Assembly (NCBI RefSeq): GCF_009914755.1
Contig: NC_060935.1
Length of the DNA: 64,000 nucleotides
Source of the DNA: the human T2T-CHM13v2.0 reference genome, Homo sapiens
Strand: one strand, 5' to 3'
This document shows positions 26,573 to 42,604 of the stretch, in pieces (within the stretch, counting starts at the first letter, position 1; each line of letters opens with the position of its first letter). The position numbers and the translations under genes are program-made. The notes beneath the pieces were generated by a model that was not told the DNA's origin, ran no database searches, and saw only the letters and a list, made by a program, of their open reading frames with translations.

Positions 26573-27288
26573 GTATGGACTGACCATGGGGTATCATGAT
26601 GTTGAACATTCACATACATGGGTGTTTTTCCTCTCTCCTGAACTCCGTCTCCCCCTTCACTTCCATTATTTGTTTCCAAAAACACGATTCCATAACTAAT
26701 GCTACTTGGTTGGGAGGGTATAGCCTCTCCTAGTGATTCTACTAGACCGAAGGTCCCTCCTACTTTATCCACCAGCAACAAAACTTTGTAGAATGGCTAA
26801 GGTAACAGACAGCACCAAGAAATATTTCCCATCAAAAGTCACTGATTAATTTAGGATTTTTGAAAGTGGAAAAAATGAGAAGTGATTCATTGGCATTTAG
26901 GCTAATTTGGAGACATGGCATGATGGAGAAGTTGGGGAATCTAGGATCACACTAATATTATTTTGGGGTCCACTCATTTTGGTAACAGGGCTTAGGGAAG
27001 AAGACTGAGTAGCTTCTTTATGGTTACCACAGAGCATAGACTCTGTGGGCCTCCTCTCCCTTCACTTGTGAAGAGAATGTCTTCAAGACTTAGACTTTAT
27101 CAGGACATTAATTCATGACATATGATAGACTGGGATTGTCATGAGAAAAGAAACAGAAAATGCTTTCCAGGAGGGAACATTGTAGGAAAATAGTATCTTC
27201 AGAAACTGTCTCCAAATCTCACTCTGAACTTACTGGAAGATGCATCTTGTGGAAAGCGCTAAGCCTTTCTATTTTTTTTTTTTTACAG

Positions 27289-27311
27289 GCTTTTGGAGAC
27301 ATATTACACAG
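27289..27311 (+). CDS. TRIM51: TRIM51 coding exon 4, 23-nt micro-exon
   Basis: ttttacag|GCTTTTGGAGACATATTACACAG|gtgaga; the canonical 23-nt exon of class IV TRIMs. Confidence 0.92.
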
Positions 27312-28251
27312 GTGAGAGCACACCAAGATTTTAGCAGATGCTTTCAGTTTCCACAAATATCAAGCAGGAACTTTGATATTGAAGGTATAATTGATTCAGA
27401 TAGTGATACTGCCTTGTGCTGGTTGTACTTTCTCCATCCCCCACCCCATGTAGTCATCTATTTTGTTGCCATACTCAGTGACTTTATTAAGCAGCTCAAT
27501 GAAAGTTCTGCAAAACCAAAAAAATAAATAAATAAATAAATAAAACAAAAAATAAATAAACGAAAGAAAAATAAAGGAAGTGAGCATCTGTATTCCTAAT
27601 TTCCTTTTTATTGCTCAAAACATTCATATTTGAAAGAGAAAATATTACATTTTCTACATGGCTACAAAGTCAACCAGGGGAAGCCAGAGAGAAAAGGGGA
27701 AAGTATTTTAGCAGTGAAAAGTGTTGATGATTTCTAGTTTATATTTAAATATATAATTCTGAAAAATGGATGAAGCAAACTATTCGGAATGTTTGAACCG
27801 TGTAGGCCTCCAGAGAACCTCAACTACAAAAGGCAGATCTCCCTGCCTGGAGCAAGTTTCAACACCCTGGCCTTGAGAAGGGAGCAACAGACGCAGCAGT
27901 CTTAAAAATAACCCCACTTTTCCAGACAGTGATTTCAGGAATTTCTGGTGAGGTCTGGAACCCAGAATTTCATTTTTGATTATTCTCCCAGTCTTAAGAC
28001 TAATGATCCTTACTAACTAGGAGCAATACGAAGAAAGATCCTAATGAATTCTCAGTCAGATAGACTTTTCCATCGTGCTTGAAAATGAGGAACTGTGAAT
28101 AAGAATGGATTTGAAAAATAAAATGATAATTTTGGAATTAGCAAATGTGTGGGTTAAAGGGATTCTCATGAAATGTCTTTTAAATAAGAGTGGTGTTTTT
28201 TATGTATTTTTTTTGGCTGTAGATGTGGTAACTCTATCTTTCCCCTTGCAG

Positions 28252-28349
28252 GTATGAGTCTCTGCTGCTGCAAGTGTCTGAGCCTGTGAATCCAGAGCTC
28301 AGTGCAGGGCCCATCACTGGACTGCTGGACAGCCTCAGTGGATTCAGAG
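28252..28349 (+). CDS. TRIM51: TRIM51 coding exon 5, 98 nt
   Basis: ccttgcag|GTATGAGTCT...TTCAGAG|gtgagt; [32 protein letters not shown]. Confidence 0.93.
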
Positions 28350-29442
28350 GTGAGTGTCAGCCCATTGGCAGAATTCCCACAGTCTATTACTTCTTGTTAG
28401 AATCATGGGGGTAGTATTTTACCCTTCATCAAATCTTTATTTCATTTCAGCAGGAAGTGAACCATATGACTATGCAACCCTTTTATATCTGTGTTTCTAT
28501 TTATAGTCCAAATTATAACATGAAGAGTACAACATAGTGAAAAACAAATATGTTCTGGGCTCACATGTATAGAGTTATATATTGGGTAAATGGAATGACA
28601 TAAGAAATAAAAAATTGAATAAATGGAAAAATGCTCAGAAGGAAGCATAATAATCCAAGGTTACATAAAAATTTTACATTTCTTTACTGTATTTCATTTG
28701 AATTGTTAAACACATTTCATTGGGGAATAGAGTTCACTGCAGTTTGTTGGAGTATTTGTACTTTCTTACAATAAATATATTTTATTGATATAATGTAAAA
28801 TTTGACTTAACATGTAAAAAGAAAGAAGAAATTATTATGTAAATAGGAAGTAAAAATGGAAATGATAATTTCAGTTTAGTTACAACATGAAGAGCTAGGT
28901 GTAAAATCCAAAATTCGGTTTCAGTCTAGAGCTAGCACGGATGTCCGCAAAGTGACTGGTAAAAGATTTTGCAAAAATCTGCCTTAAGTTACCACTTATA
29001 ATTTGAACATATGGACTTTTATCCAGTTATCTAGAGCGGTGCTTGAGTAAGCTAAAATCTTCCCATTCTTGCCAAAATTATATCACTAGTATTTAAGAAC
29101 AAGAAATATTTTAATAATAATGACCTTGATAGCTAAAGGGCATTCAGGGCATAAAATAATTCATTTTTACATTGGAGATTGGATTGAAACAGGCTGGTCT
29201 TATATTCGACTCTCAATTTTTAAGTTTTCAATAAATTTTCAATGTGTTTCTAGGGTTTTGTTCTTCCTATAGAGAATATTAATCATCCTTATACTTTATT
29301 AAATGTTGTAGTCACAATTCTCCTGTCCTTGTAACTTCAAATTTCTTGGTAAAGTAAACTCTTGGTAGAACAACATTTCCCTCAAGAATTCTAATTTCTA
29401 TTAATTACATGTATCTATATTTTTTAAAAATTATTTTTGCAG

Positions 29443-29942
29443 TTGATTTTACTCTGCAGCCTGAAAGAGCCAATAGTCATATCTTCCTGTGTGGAGATTT
29501 GAGAAGCATGAATGTTGGATGTGACCCTCAAGATGATCCCGATATCACTGGAAAATCTGAATGTTTTCTTGTATGGGGGGCTCAGGCTTTCACATCTGGC
29601 AAATATTATTGGGAGGTTCATATGGGGGACTCTTGGAATTGGGCTTTTGGTGTCTGTAACAATTATTGGAAAGAGAAGAGACAGAATGACAAGATAGATG
29701 GAGAGGAGGGACTCTTTCTTCTTGGATGTGTTAAGGAGGACACTCACTGCAGTCTCTTTACCACCTCCCCACTTGTGGTGCAATATGTTCCAAGACCTAC
29801 CAGCACAGTAGGATTATTCCTGGATTGTGAAGGTAGAACCGTGAGCTTTGTTGATGTTGATCAAAGTTCCCTGATATACACCATCCCCAATTGCTCCTTC
29901 TCACCTCCTCTCAGGCCTATCTTTTGCTGTAGTCACTTCTGA
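29443..29942 (+). CDS. TRIM51: TRIM51 coding exon 6 (PRY/SPRY B30.2). Spliced CDS 411+96+231+23+98+500=1359 nt = 452 aa + stop
   Basis: ttttgcag|TTGATTTT; VDFTLQPERANSHIFLCGDLRSM...WGAQAFTSGKYYWEVH...PIFCCSHF*; frame continuous across all exons. Confidence 0.95.
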
Positions 29943-30095
29943 CCAGAGAAAAGTCAGAAATGTGCCTGTATGCTCTGGGAACCTGTTTATCCCAGAAAGC
30001 CCTCTTTTTCGCACCTCATCAAACAGAACAAATAAGTTATATTTAATGTCTTTAGTTGCATTCTAATGTCATCAAAACTCATTTATAGTGTTTCT

Positions 30096-30119
30096 ATTAA
30101 ATATGGTGAAAACATTAAA
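30096..30119 (+). terminator. Candidate TRIM51 polyadenylation signals (ATTAAA x2)
   Basis: ATTAAA at 30096-30101 and 30114-30119, ~160 nt after the stop. Confidence 0.55.
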
Positions 30120-30499
30120 ACCATGTGTATTGATTCCTTTTTAAATCATTTTTGGAAAATCATTACCCATGATGTATGGCATAGAATATATTATCTGGTT
30201 TTTAATTATTTCTGAATGTCACAAAGTGAAATAATAGATGACAGAGTTGTCTAAATGAAGTTAAAATCAATGGAAGAAAGTAGAGATCTTGGGCTTCATG
30301 AAAAAAGTTGGAGTAAAAAGACTCAGTGGTAACCTGGAAATATTGTCTTTCTCTTCATCTAACAATATTATACTTATCCATGTGTTTTATTTATGAACCT
30401 ATACTTTGAGATAATCTTATTTGACCTCCTATGCTGTGCTTATCTTTGTAAATCTCATCTTATAAACAAAATGCTCATGCATTATTAGAGTGCTGTTCT

Positions 30500-31500
30500 A
30501 CAGTGAAATTTACAAGGGGATCAGGACAATGCTGGATCAATTAAATATTCAAATGGACATAACTGAATACTGACCCCTACCTCATACCATACACAGTGCA
30601 TTCCCACATGGATTCATGCTCTGAAGGTGAAGGGAACACAATAAAATATTCTCACACAGAAAGATTTCCTAACCAGGACAAAAAAGGGACAATTAAAAAG
30701 AAAAATTTAGTTAGCTTATATAAAAAATGGTGACTTCTGTGTTTCAAAATATACCATCCAAGAATTAAAATGCAAACCAAGAGTGGAGAAAAATATTTAT
30801 CCCTACATATATGCAATAAAATACAATACATGTGATTAATGAATGTAATAAATAAAAGAAAAGGAAACCAACATAAAATTGGGAAAATATTTGAATAGGC
30901 ACTTCATAAAGTTGGAGGCATAAATATCTGGACCAATATGAAAAAGGAATTACTTGTATTAGTCCTCAGAATAATAAAAATTAATTCATAAGTTGAACTA
31001 CAGGCCTCCATAAAAATTAGCAAAATTTAAAGACACATAATATTGTGTGTTGTGAAAGATAAAGAATCAATGAAAGTTATTCATGGCTGGAGGGATGTAA
31101 ACTGAAATACTTTTTGGCAAACTGACTATGAGCATTCCTTATGGGCTAGACATTCTAATTCTAAAATATATTCCACAGACTGCCTATGTGTATTTAAAGA
31201 TAAACACAATGTTGATCATTGCAGCAATTTTTATAGTAGCTCCAAATTGGAGACAAAATAAATATTCATCAACAGTAGAATTGCTAAATAAATTGTGATC
31301 TCATCGTACAAAAGAATTTTACAAAACAGAGATAACATCGAAATGCAACAAATTAATGAATCTCAAAGAGAAGTTTAAGAAAAGAATTGAAACATACAAG
31401 TGTTATATTACAGTGTTTTATTTAGATAAATTGTGAACTCCATTAATTGATGCTAGAAGTTAGAATATTGAATAATGTTTTGGAAGGCAATGGCTAAGAA
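30500..31500 (+). mobile_element. Ancient L1M ORF2-end/3' fragment (a shorter homologous copy lies at ~20120-20440)
   Basis: caatgctggatcaatt...gacccctacctcataccatacaca...ttgaataggcacttcataaag...cattgcagcaatttttatagtagctccaaattgg...ttcatcaacagtagaa. Confidence 0.65.
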
Positions 31501-31726
31501 ACTTAAAAATTAAGCAGGATAAGATACAGGAAGCATTGAAATCAAGGAGAGAAACTATAAGCATTTTTCATGCAGAAGAGAATTTTTTATATATATATAT
31601 TAAGTATTTTAACGTATAAAATAAGAAGTTTGAAATAAATGAATTTGATGTTTTGTCTAATTTTTCAAATGCATATATATATAATTTAATTTATGATAAT
31701 TTAACATCAACATTAAGACATAAAAC

Positions 31727-32100
31727 TTTTTTTATTATTATACTTTAAGTTCTGGGGTACATGTGCAGAACGTTCAGGTTTGTTACATAGGTATACACGC
31801 ACCATGGTGGTTTGCTGCACCCATCAACCCGTCATCTACATTAGGTAGTTATCCCAGTGATATCCCTCCCCTGGCCCCCCACCCCAGACAGACCCCAGTG
31901 TGTGATGTTCTCCTCCCTGTGTACATGTGTTCTCATTGTTCAACTCCCACTTATGAGTGAGAATATGCGGTGTTTGGTTTTCTGTTGTTGTGTTAGTTTG
32001 CTGAGAATGATGGTTTCCAGCTTCATCCATGTCCCTGCAAAGGACATGAACTCATCCTTTTTATGGCTACATAGTATTCCACGGTGTATATGTGCCACAT
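31727..32100 (-). mobile_element. 5'-truncated L1PA 3'UTR
   Basis: ttattatactttaagttctggggtacatgtgcagaacg...cttcatccatgtccctgcaaaggacatgaactcatcc. Confidence 0.9.
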
Positions 32101-32104
32101 ACAT

Positions 32105-33828
32105 TTGTTTTACAGTCTGTGAAGAGATTCAGAGAATATCACATTTTAAGACTTGTATTTACCTCCCCGTCTCCCCTGTGTAACAAAACCTAAAACTACA
32201 AAGGGAAATATAAGGAATGCCATTGCCCTTGGGATGCTGGTAAAACTAATTGATGTTTGGAAAGGGGAAAAGAAAAAATAGGAAAAAAATATGTGGAGGA
32301 TTTAGACCTACACCTGAAGGTTGGACAGGTTTTAAGTTTTTGGCTACATTTTAAACTAATCCTGCTTTTTCCTGTGAACCAACCAGCAATCTCCAGTTGC
32401 TGGAAAGAACAAAAGACTTGGGTAATGTACAAATATGAATCAACATTCTAATTCTGAGCAATTATCCTGCAAATCCTGCCAGGTGATGGGAATAAATAAG
32501 ATGCTCATCACTTGGAGGTTTCCCTTTGGGAAAGTAAGACCAAGGGAGCTAAGCAAAGCCAAGCCCCATGCCCCTAAACCCTAGGAAGCCTAACTATAGC
32601 CCGCAGTTAATTGGGTGTGTCACAAGACATCCTTTTCTCTCCCTTGTTGGAGGAGGGCTCAGTTCTAAAGTTTCACCTTAGCATTCGGCATATGATAAGG
32701 AGTCCATGCAACCCCCCTGAGACACATCTTTGTCCCAAACTCAATTCCAAACTCAGGTCAAAGCCCTAGGAAAGAAAACTGGATCTAAGGGATCCAGAGG
32801 CAGACAAGTTAAGAAGCACAGTGCAGGTGGACATGGCTGATTCCTGCCAATTAAGCCAAGCTTCCCATTTCACGGATAAAGGCCACATTAATATCCATTG
32901 CATAAATGAGGTCCAGGGAACTCCAAGGCTACTGACAGCAGGAGAGATAGGGTGTACGTGGGTACAGTGGAGAGTTCCCACCCTGTAGGCCCCCTGCTTC
33001 ATGGGTGCAAGCGCTTTAACACCCATGGCAGCACCTGCCAAGTTCTCTGGGACTCGGGGATGAAAGGACAGAAGATAGAAAAAGGATGCTCTTCCCTCTC
33101 TCACTCACATACCCCTGGTATCGGCTATGGATAGAAAGGAACCAGGGATGCCTGCGCCCCTCTTTCTAGATGGGTGGCCATTTATCTTGAGTCTTAACTC
33201 TTTTTGAATGCATCCCGAATCCCTGGGACTCCTTTGAAAAAAAATGCTAAAAATGCCTTCTTTTTTTCTTTCTCCTCCTTGGTTCTCTCTTCACAGATAG
33301 GTAATTGTGTGTCTGTGCTGTGGGATACTCCCCTCAGATGCATCCTCCAAACTGGAAAGAGTTAATTTCCCAAACTTCAAACTGGTTGGCTTAGGACTGG
33401 GCTCAGGGGAAGGGAACCCAGAAGCCCAACATGTCAGCAAAAGGGTAAAGTTTTATTTTTTATTCATTATTATTATTTTTTAACCAGCTGGGCTTTTGGC
33501 CTCCCTCTACTTGTCCAAGCTGATAAAACACCTCGGGATTTTTGAACTGTCCTTATCTCACCCTTGTTTTATTTTGATACATGTTTTCTAATAACCTGGT
33601 TTGTCTCTTCCTGCCTTCGGATCATCAAACTCCAAATGGTCATGTAATTGGAGCCTTTGACAAAGGCCCCTTCTGCTGGGAACCCTCAAATAGGCCTCTG
33701 AGGGAGTTCTGACTGCTGGTTCCACAGAACACCGCCCCCTGTCAGCAGGAAGCAGTAAAGATCAGTCTTCATCCTTATCCTTATCCTCATTGCAAGGGCA
33801 GTTAGACGTACTTCCTTAGAGGGCAGAA
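32105..33828. mobile_element. ERV1 (MER4-group/MER61-int-like) internal sequence
   Basis: Retroviral-like internal sequence ending in ccccctgtcagcaggaagcag...gcagttag and purine tract agagggcagaa immediately before the LTR. Confidence 0.6.
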
Positions 33829-34165
33829 TGAGACAACGAGGTGGGAGGGGGTCCGTGGCAAAATTCCAACCGGCCTATGTACTGCGTGCACAGTGAGGTG
33901 CAACCACAGAAGTCCATGCTATTTGTAGTGGGGAAGAGCATGACCCCTCCTCTTCCTGGGTGGAAACTGGAATTCAAACTGTGGTGGGGGAAGCCTACAT
34001 CAGCAGAAACTCTGGCCTTGCAGACAGTCCCTGTTCCACCTTTTTTCCTTTTTGCCCAATAAATCCTGTTATTCTCACCCTTCAAATCGCCTGCAAGCCT
34101 AATGTTTCATGGCTGTGTGATAAGGACCCAGTTCTTAGCTGAACTAAGGAAAAAGACCAGGAACA
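33829..34165 (+). mobile_element. MER61-like ERV1 3' LTR
   Basis: TGAGACAACGAGGTGGGAGGGGGTCC...cccaataaa...gctgaactaaggaaaaagaccaggaACA; TG..CA termini with a PPT upstream. Confidence 0.8.
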
Positions 34166-35132
34166 CTTTTATCTCAATTATTCCCAATAATGGATAAGCA
34201 ATTGGCATAGTATAATTACTTTCCCATGACAGAAAATAAATGCAGTTCACTGGAACTGTTTATCAATTACTTTTGATTTCCATGTAAATATATGCACACT
34301 GTATCTTAGCTGTTTAAATCCTGCTCAATCTAAAAAGCCTTCCTGATATATTAATCCATAGGCAATTTTGTTTTCTTAGTCTGTCTTCAATTTCAGATGA
34401 TAATTTGTATTGTAATTCTCACTAGGACCTTAGATATGCTTCTTTGAAGACTCATTATTTTCTATCTTACTGTGTAGCTTTTGTGCCTGTGTTCTATCCC
34501 TCTACCAAAATTATTCATTAATTCTCATTCATTATTTGATACCTTGACTCTTTATCATAGTTTCCTCCCCAGAATGGATTCTGAGTGAATTTTTATGAAA
34601 TAAATATGTGTAATATTGATTTTTTTTAGTTTAGATCACATGCTTCCAATGTGAAGAAACCATTTATGTTTCTTCAGTATTTTTAGTTCATCCTCCACAG
34701 TGGTGCTGTGATTATTACAAGATATTTTTAAGTGTGATGGTTTTTTAAAAGACAGTTTTTGAACATTGAATAAATTAAAACTTGGTCATAAAAGTTTTTC
34801 TCTAGGATATGTTGAGTCTGAAATCTCTTGATTGGCAAGCAAACAGCTGAAATTTCTGAGGTAAGCTATTCTCTCAGAGCCAGAGATGAGAACTAGAGCC
34901 TACAGATGGTGGGAGAGAAGTTAGTTGACTACTGGGGTATAATCCAGAGGGAAGGTATGGCTGGAAAGTGTGAAAACAGTGTTAAACTCAAAGGTGAGGA
35001 TGAATAGTGGGATAGAGGGATGAACTAGAGAGGAAAGCCTCTGACAGTGAAAGTGTTTGCTGGGTTGTAAATCTAGAGCAGTTTCATTCACTGCAGTTGG
35101 ATGGATTTTTAAAACAAGAAGGGATTTGTTTA

Positions 35133-37258
<2,126 letters not shown>

Positions 37259-37854
37259 TAAATAGTGAAGACCGAATTAGCATCCTGAAATTAATAAGAA
37301 CCACGTGCTTCATCCTAAATATTGAATAGGAAATGTTTTACGTGCAAGGGTTCATCACAATGAATAGATATTGATTCCTTTGTATGAACACATGGCATGT
37401 CAGTCACAGCCCTTGGGATAAAGTTTCACATCTTAAGGTAAAAATGAGGTACTCTGGGATTAATTACCTAAACTGACTTCTCGGGATTGTGGGGTCTAGG
37501 ACTTAAATCAATAGTATAGTTTCAGTCTCCTGACCTTAACATAGGAATGGTACAGCCAGCACGGGTAGCCATGAAGAAACCTCTACTCAGCTCTAACCAG
37601 GATCAGAAAAAAAGATGTCCTAAGGTAGCTTGGCAGCCAGCTAGAAATATGACCTGAGGCTAGGATTGGTAATTGTAATGTGACCAACTAGTTGAGCAGG
37701 TTGTAAAGAGGATAGAAGAAGATGGAGCCTGCAGACTGTTTCATAACATGATGCTGAGAACAATATCAAACTTTCTTTCAGTACTAGGAGGTTAGTACTG
37801 GAGAGTGGGCTCAGTATGTTCTTGGAAACTCCCTTCATCAATCTTAAGGAGATA

Positions 37855-37927
37855 GATGATTGATAGATAGATAGATAGATAGATATCATTGATATATATC
37901 TAATCCCTGAGATTAATCAAGGGAGTT

Positions 37928-37963
<36 letters not shown>

Positions 37964-37970
37964 CACACAC
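37855..37970. repeat. (GATA)n and (GT)n microsatellites
   Basis: gatagatagatagatagata at ~37862-37885; gtgtgt at ~37932-37960. Confidence 0.9.
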
Positions 37971-38253
37971 AAAAACAGATATAATATACATCTATATTTA
38001 TACTTAGAGACAAAGATATGTAGCTTTAATCTTATAATGCATATATTAAACACATGTTAAAGAAATGAGGAAACTGAGACCTAACCTTGTTAAGTAAACT
38101 AAGGTCACGCAGCTAACATGTAACTGAGAGTGACTGATAGTTCACATACAGATGTGAACCCATGTCAGTCTCACTTCAAGTCCAAATTCTTATCTTAAAT
38201 TTTCTCCTGTATTTATCAATTTTTAAAATGAAATAAAACAATAAAAAACAAAC

Positions 38254-38608
<355 letters not shown>

Positions 38609-38744
38609 CTATTAAATTGGTGTCTTTAATGAAAAAGGTGAATAAATAAGTAAGGAGTATCTTTTTGTCTTACATATAATGTGAAAAATGGACAGTGAAG
38701 CCAATTTTATATAAAATGAGTATTTGGGGTTTTTTTGGTTTGTT

Positions 38745-39038
38745 TATTTTGAGACAGGTTGTCACTCTGTCACCTAGGCTGGAGTGCAGTTGTGCAATCT
38801 CAGCTCACTGCAGCCTCGACCTCCCAGGCTCAAGCCATCCTCCCACCTCAGCCTCCTGAGTAGTTGGGATGACAAGCGCATGACACCAAACCCAGATTTC
38901 TTTTTTTATTTAATTTTTTTGTAGAGATGGGATTTGCCATGTTGCCCAGGCTGGTCTTGAACTTCCAAGCTCAAGTGATCTGCCTGCCTTGGCCTCCCAA
39001 AGTGCTGGGATTACAGGCGTGAGCCACTGTACCTGGCT
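38745..39038 (-). mobile_element. AluJ
   Basis: Antisense Alu with cagcctcgacctcccaggctcaagccatcctccc. Confidence 0.88.
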
Positions 39039-39317
39039 CAACTAATTTTCTTTTCTGGCACTGTTGATTAATTGTGCTATCTTTCAATATTTTAAATTCA
39101 TTCTATTAGTACTGAGGAGGAATTTTCAGTGGCCTGAATTCAATCTCTTATCCTTCTCTAGAAGTTGTGTCTGGAAGGTATGTTAATATATCAATTAATT
39201 TATTATCATAAACACTTATGACAGTCACATCTTAAGAATACATTATTTTAATTATTCAAAAATAATGCTAGGAATGACCATAGCTAATAGATACTAAATC
39301 ACTTGCTTTAGTCATTA

Positions 39318-39453
39318 GTTGGCTAATTTTTCTGCATTTGTGGAGACAGGTTCTCACTATTTTACTCAGGTTGGTCTGAAACTTCTGAGCTCAAGTGATC
39401 TGCCTGCCTCAGCCTCCCAGAGTGCTGGTAGCCACCATAAGCCACCATGCCTG
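39318..39453 (-). mobile_element. FLAM/Alu monomer
   Basis: ggctaatttttctgcatttgtggagacagg...ctcaagtgatctgcctgcctcagcctcccagagtgctgg. Confidence 0.75.
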
Positions 39454-41663
39454 GTGTTTAGTTTTCTTATAGATATGAATATAATTAATGTGTTTTTTAA
39501 AAAGTACATTGCTTGCTCAAATGAGTCATTTACAGAGTCAGCTTAAAGAGCTAAGAGCTTTATTATAACAACAAAACCAACCCAAACCCCTTCTCAATCT
39601 CTCCGAAGTAAATTCTCCTTTTCTGTACAACTATATAAGCTTATTCATGTCTAATACAGCACTCATCAAAACAACTCTACTTATTTACTTACAAATCTAT
39701 CTTATCTATTGATTAGCAAGTCATGGAGAACAAAGACTGTGCTGTATTCATCTTTGTTACTCAACAGAGTGCCTAACACATATTGGTGCTTAGTTAATAA
39801 ACAGAAATGAAATAAAAAAATAAATAAATAAAAAGTACATTGCATTAGGGAATGATTTGGGAAGTGATGGAGGGGTCCTAATAAGTGATACATTCTATGA
39901 ACAATCAATATGCCATTTAAAATTATGGAGGAAAAGAAACACTTAAGAGATAGTGAAATATTTTTGTCTTAAAATTCTGTTCAATTAGTAATGCAAAACA
40001 AATATTCTGCTAAAAGTTTTATGTTTTAATTAATTGTTTCACTCCTATGATGCTTTGAAACATATAACACTCAATGCAATTTATAACTAAAATTATATAT
40101 ACAATTATGGGAGAAGGCTTAAATGAAACCCTGTATAATCTATTACCTTTTCTTCCTAGCACCAGAGAAGAGTGCCTTCGTGTTTCCTTCATGACAATTT
40201 AAAATAAAATGAATAACCCTTAGAATTGAAAATCGTGTTATGTTTTTCGTAACTTGGTTAATTTCTAAATGATTTCAGTGAGAACAATATATGCCATTAA
40301 TTAAATTATTGAAATATATTGTAGGATTACCTAATAGCCAATCAGTTAGATATGACCACTATTAATATTTTGTTTATAATAGGATTCCAGTTTGTTTCAT
40401 AAATACACAAAGAAGCAATATAAGTTATTATAAATGATATACTAATGTAAATATGACTTGTCATTTGTGTGTTTTTTCCATTGAACATACTTTACAACTT
40501 AACCTATATCAATTGGACATTTCAGTTTTGAAATTTTAACTCACATGACTCACATGAGTTAAAACATGTATACATATACATGTCCATGAAACATAGTATA
40601 AACCATTAACATAGTATAATGCTATAAATTCATCAAGGGAGACTGAGGCTGTTTTTCCAGTGACCTCTGGAGAAAGTCCAGATCCTTAATTCCAATTATA
40701 CAGTCCTATAGGTTGTCAAAAGCAGCATGCCTGTTCCCCAGAGTAAGGGCAGGAGGGAAGTCCAGAGCCTGGTGCTGAGACTATGAAGTGCAATAAAAAT
40801 CTGGGGTTGGTGATCCTGGGGATGTCTGCTGACGTCATGAGGAACAGAGGATCTGAGAAAAACTGTTCAGTACATCAAATGATCTCTGTTTCTGATAACT
40901 TATTTCAAACCTAGGCCAAAAGACAAGAGGTACAGATGGATTTCATCCAAGGTGAACATACTAGAATGAAATGAAAGGGATTTCTTTTTCTGGTAAATGT
41001 ACAAAGCCTCATTTTTGCACGAATTTTGTGAGGAACATTGATGTGTTTATTGAATAACTGTTTATAAATTGTATCCTGGGGCCAAACATTAAAAATAACA
41101 AAGCAGAAATAATGGTGAACAAGATAGGAAAAGACATTACCTTTATGGAATTTCATGTCTAGGGCAAGAGATTTCTTATTTATTTTTATTTATTTACTAC
41201 TTATTTACTCATAAGTATATGCTGGACATTTATAGGATGATACTCATACATAGCAAGAACACAAACCAGACTGAGTTTGATTCTCTAAAACTCCCTTTGA
41301 CTGAGCAACTGTATTTATACAGCATGTTTTTTATGAAATTGGAAATTTAGGGAAGGTTCTTAAATTGATGCGGGAAGAGGATTCACTATAACCCACAACA
41401 GCACTGGGGCATATTCATGAACACAGTGGGGAAATATAAAAGGATCTTCTCTGCAAAACAACAAAAGGATCTATTTCTACTCCTCCTTGGTTTAGAAGGA
41501 AGACTAAGACAAATAATTCCTGCCCACTACACACAATTTAAGCACAATGGTAAGTAATTAAAAATACCTTGAAGGCTGTATGGGTGAGACTACAGAAACA
41601 TATGTCGATTTACATGAACTTTAAGTCTCAGAACTTTATTATTTTTGAATGGAAATCACAGTT

Positions 41664-42604
41664 TCATACAGAATATAATTTAGTGCTTATTGCTTTTTTC
41701 AGAGCACCTTTCACATCCCTATTCCTTAAGCTGTAGATCAGTGGATTTAACATAGGTATGACAACTGTGTAGAAAACAGAGGCCATTTTGTCTGTTTCCA
41801 TTGAGTAACTTGAACTGGGTCGGAAATACATGAACAGGAGTGTGCCATGAAATACAGCCACGGCCATCAAGTGGGAGGTGCAGGTAGAGAAGGCTTTCCG
41901 TCTGCCCTCAGCTGAGCTCATTTTAAGGATGGTAATTATGATGTAGCTGTAGGAGAGGAAGACAGTGACAATGCTGCACCCCGCAACACAGCCAACGAAT
42001 GTGAACATCACTATCTCATTAATAGCAATTAATAGTAGGATTGAGGGCTAGCAAGGGTGGGATGTCACAGAAAAAGTGATTGATGACATTAGAATTGCAG
42101 AATGACAATCTGAATGTGCAGCAGGTGTGGATTGCAGAATCCACCAAACCTACAACATAGGCAAGAGCCACTAGCTGGGTGCAGATCCTCCTGGGCATAG
42201 TGATCGTATAAAGAAGTGGATTGCAAATGGCAACATAACGATCATAGGCCATGACAGCCAACATGAGACATTCCACATCTGCAAAGACTCCAAATAAATA
42301 CATCTGAATGGCACATAAATTATACGGAATCCACTTTTGGTCCGATAAGAAATCAGCTAGCATTTGGGAGAGACGTGGAAGAGTAGCAGACATCACAGAA
42401 AGACAAATTGCTCAGGAAATAATACACGGGTGTGTGAAGTCTGAGATCCATCTTGATCAGTAGGATCATCCCTAGATTGACAATCACAGTTATGCCATAA
42501 ATCAGGAAGAAAAGCACAAAGAGCCCCTGCTGTATATCCTGTGTACCTGAAAGTCCTAAGAATATAAAGTCAGTAAACACAGTGCAGTTCTTAAGAGTCA
42601 TCAT
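41664..42604 (-). pseudogene. OR5W1P: Olfactory receptor family 5 subfamily W pseudogene
   Basis: Three overlapping ORFs reconstruct a full OR: [62 protein letters not shown]. Frameshifts at ~42365-42380 and ~42026-42042. Symbol assigned by position between TRIM51 and OR5W2 (recall). Confidence 0.9.

Noticed and set aside
32105-33625. Apparent orientation switch within the ERV1 internal sequence
   Set aside because: Cannot be established without the consensus, and MER4-group internals are known mosaics
40534-40583. Short inverted repeats (ttttaactca..tgagttaaaa; acatgtata..tatacatgt)
   Set aside because: Short, AT-rich and slippage-derived; no support for function
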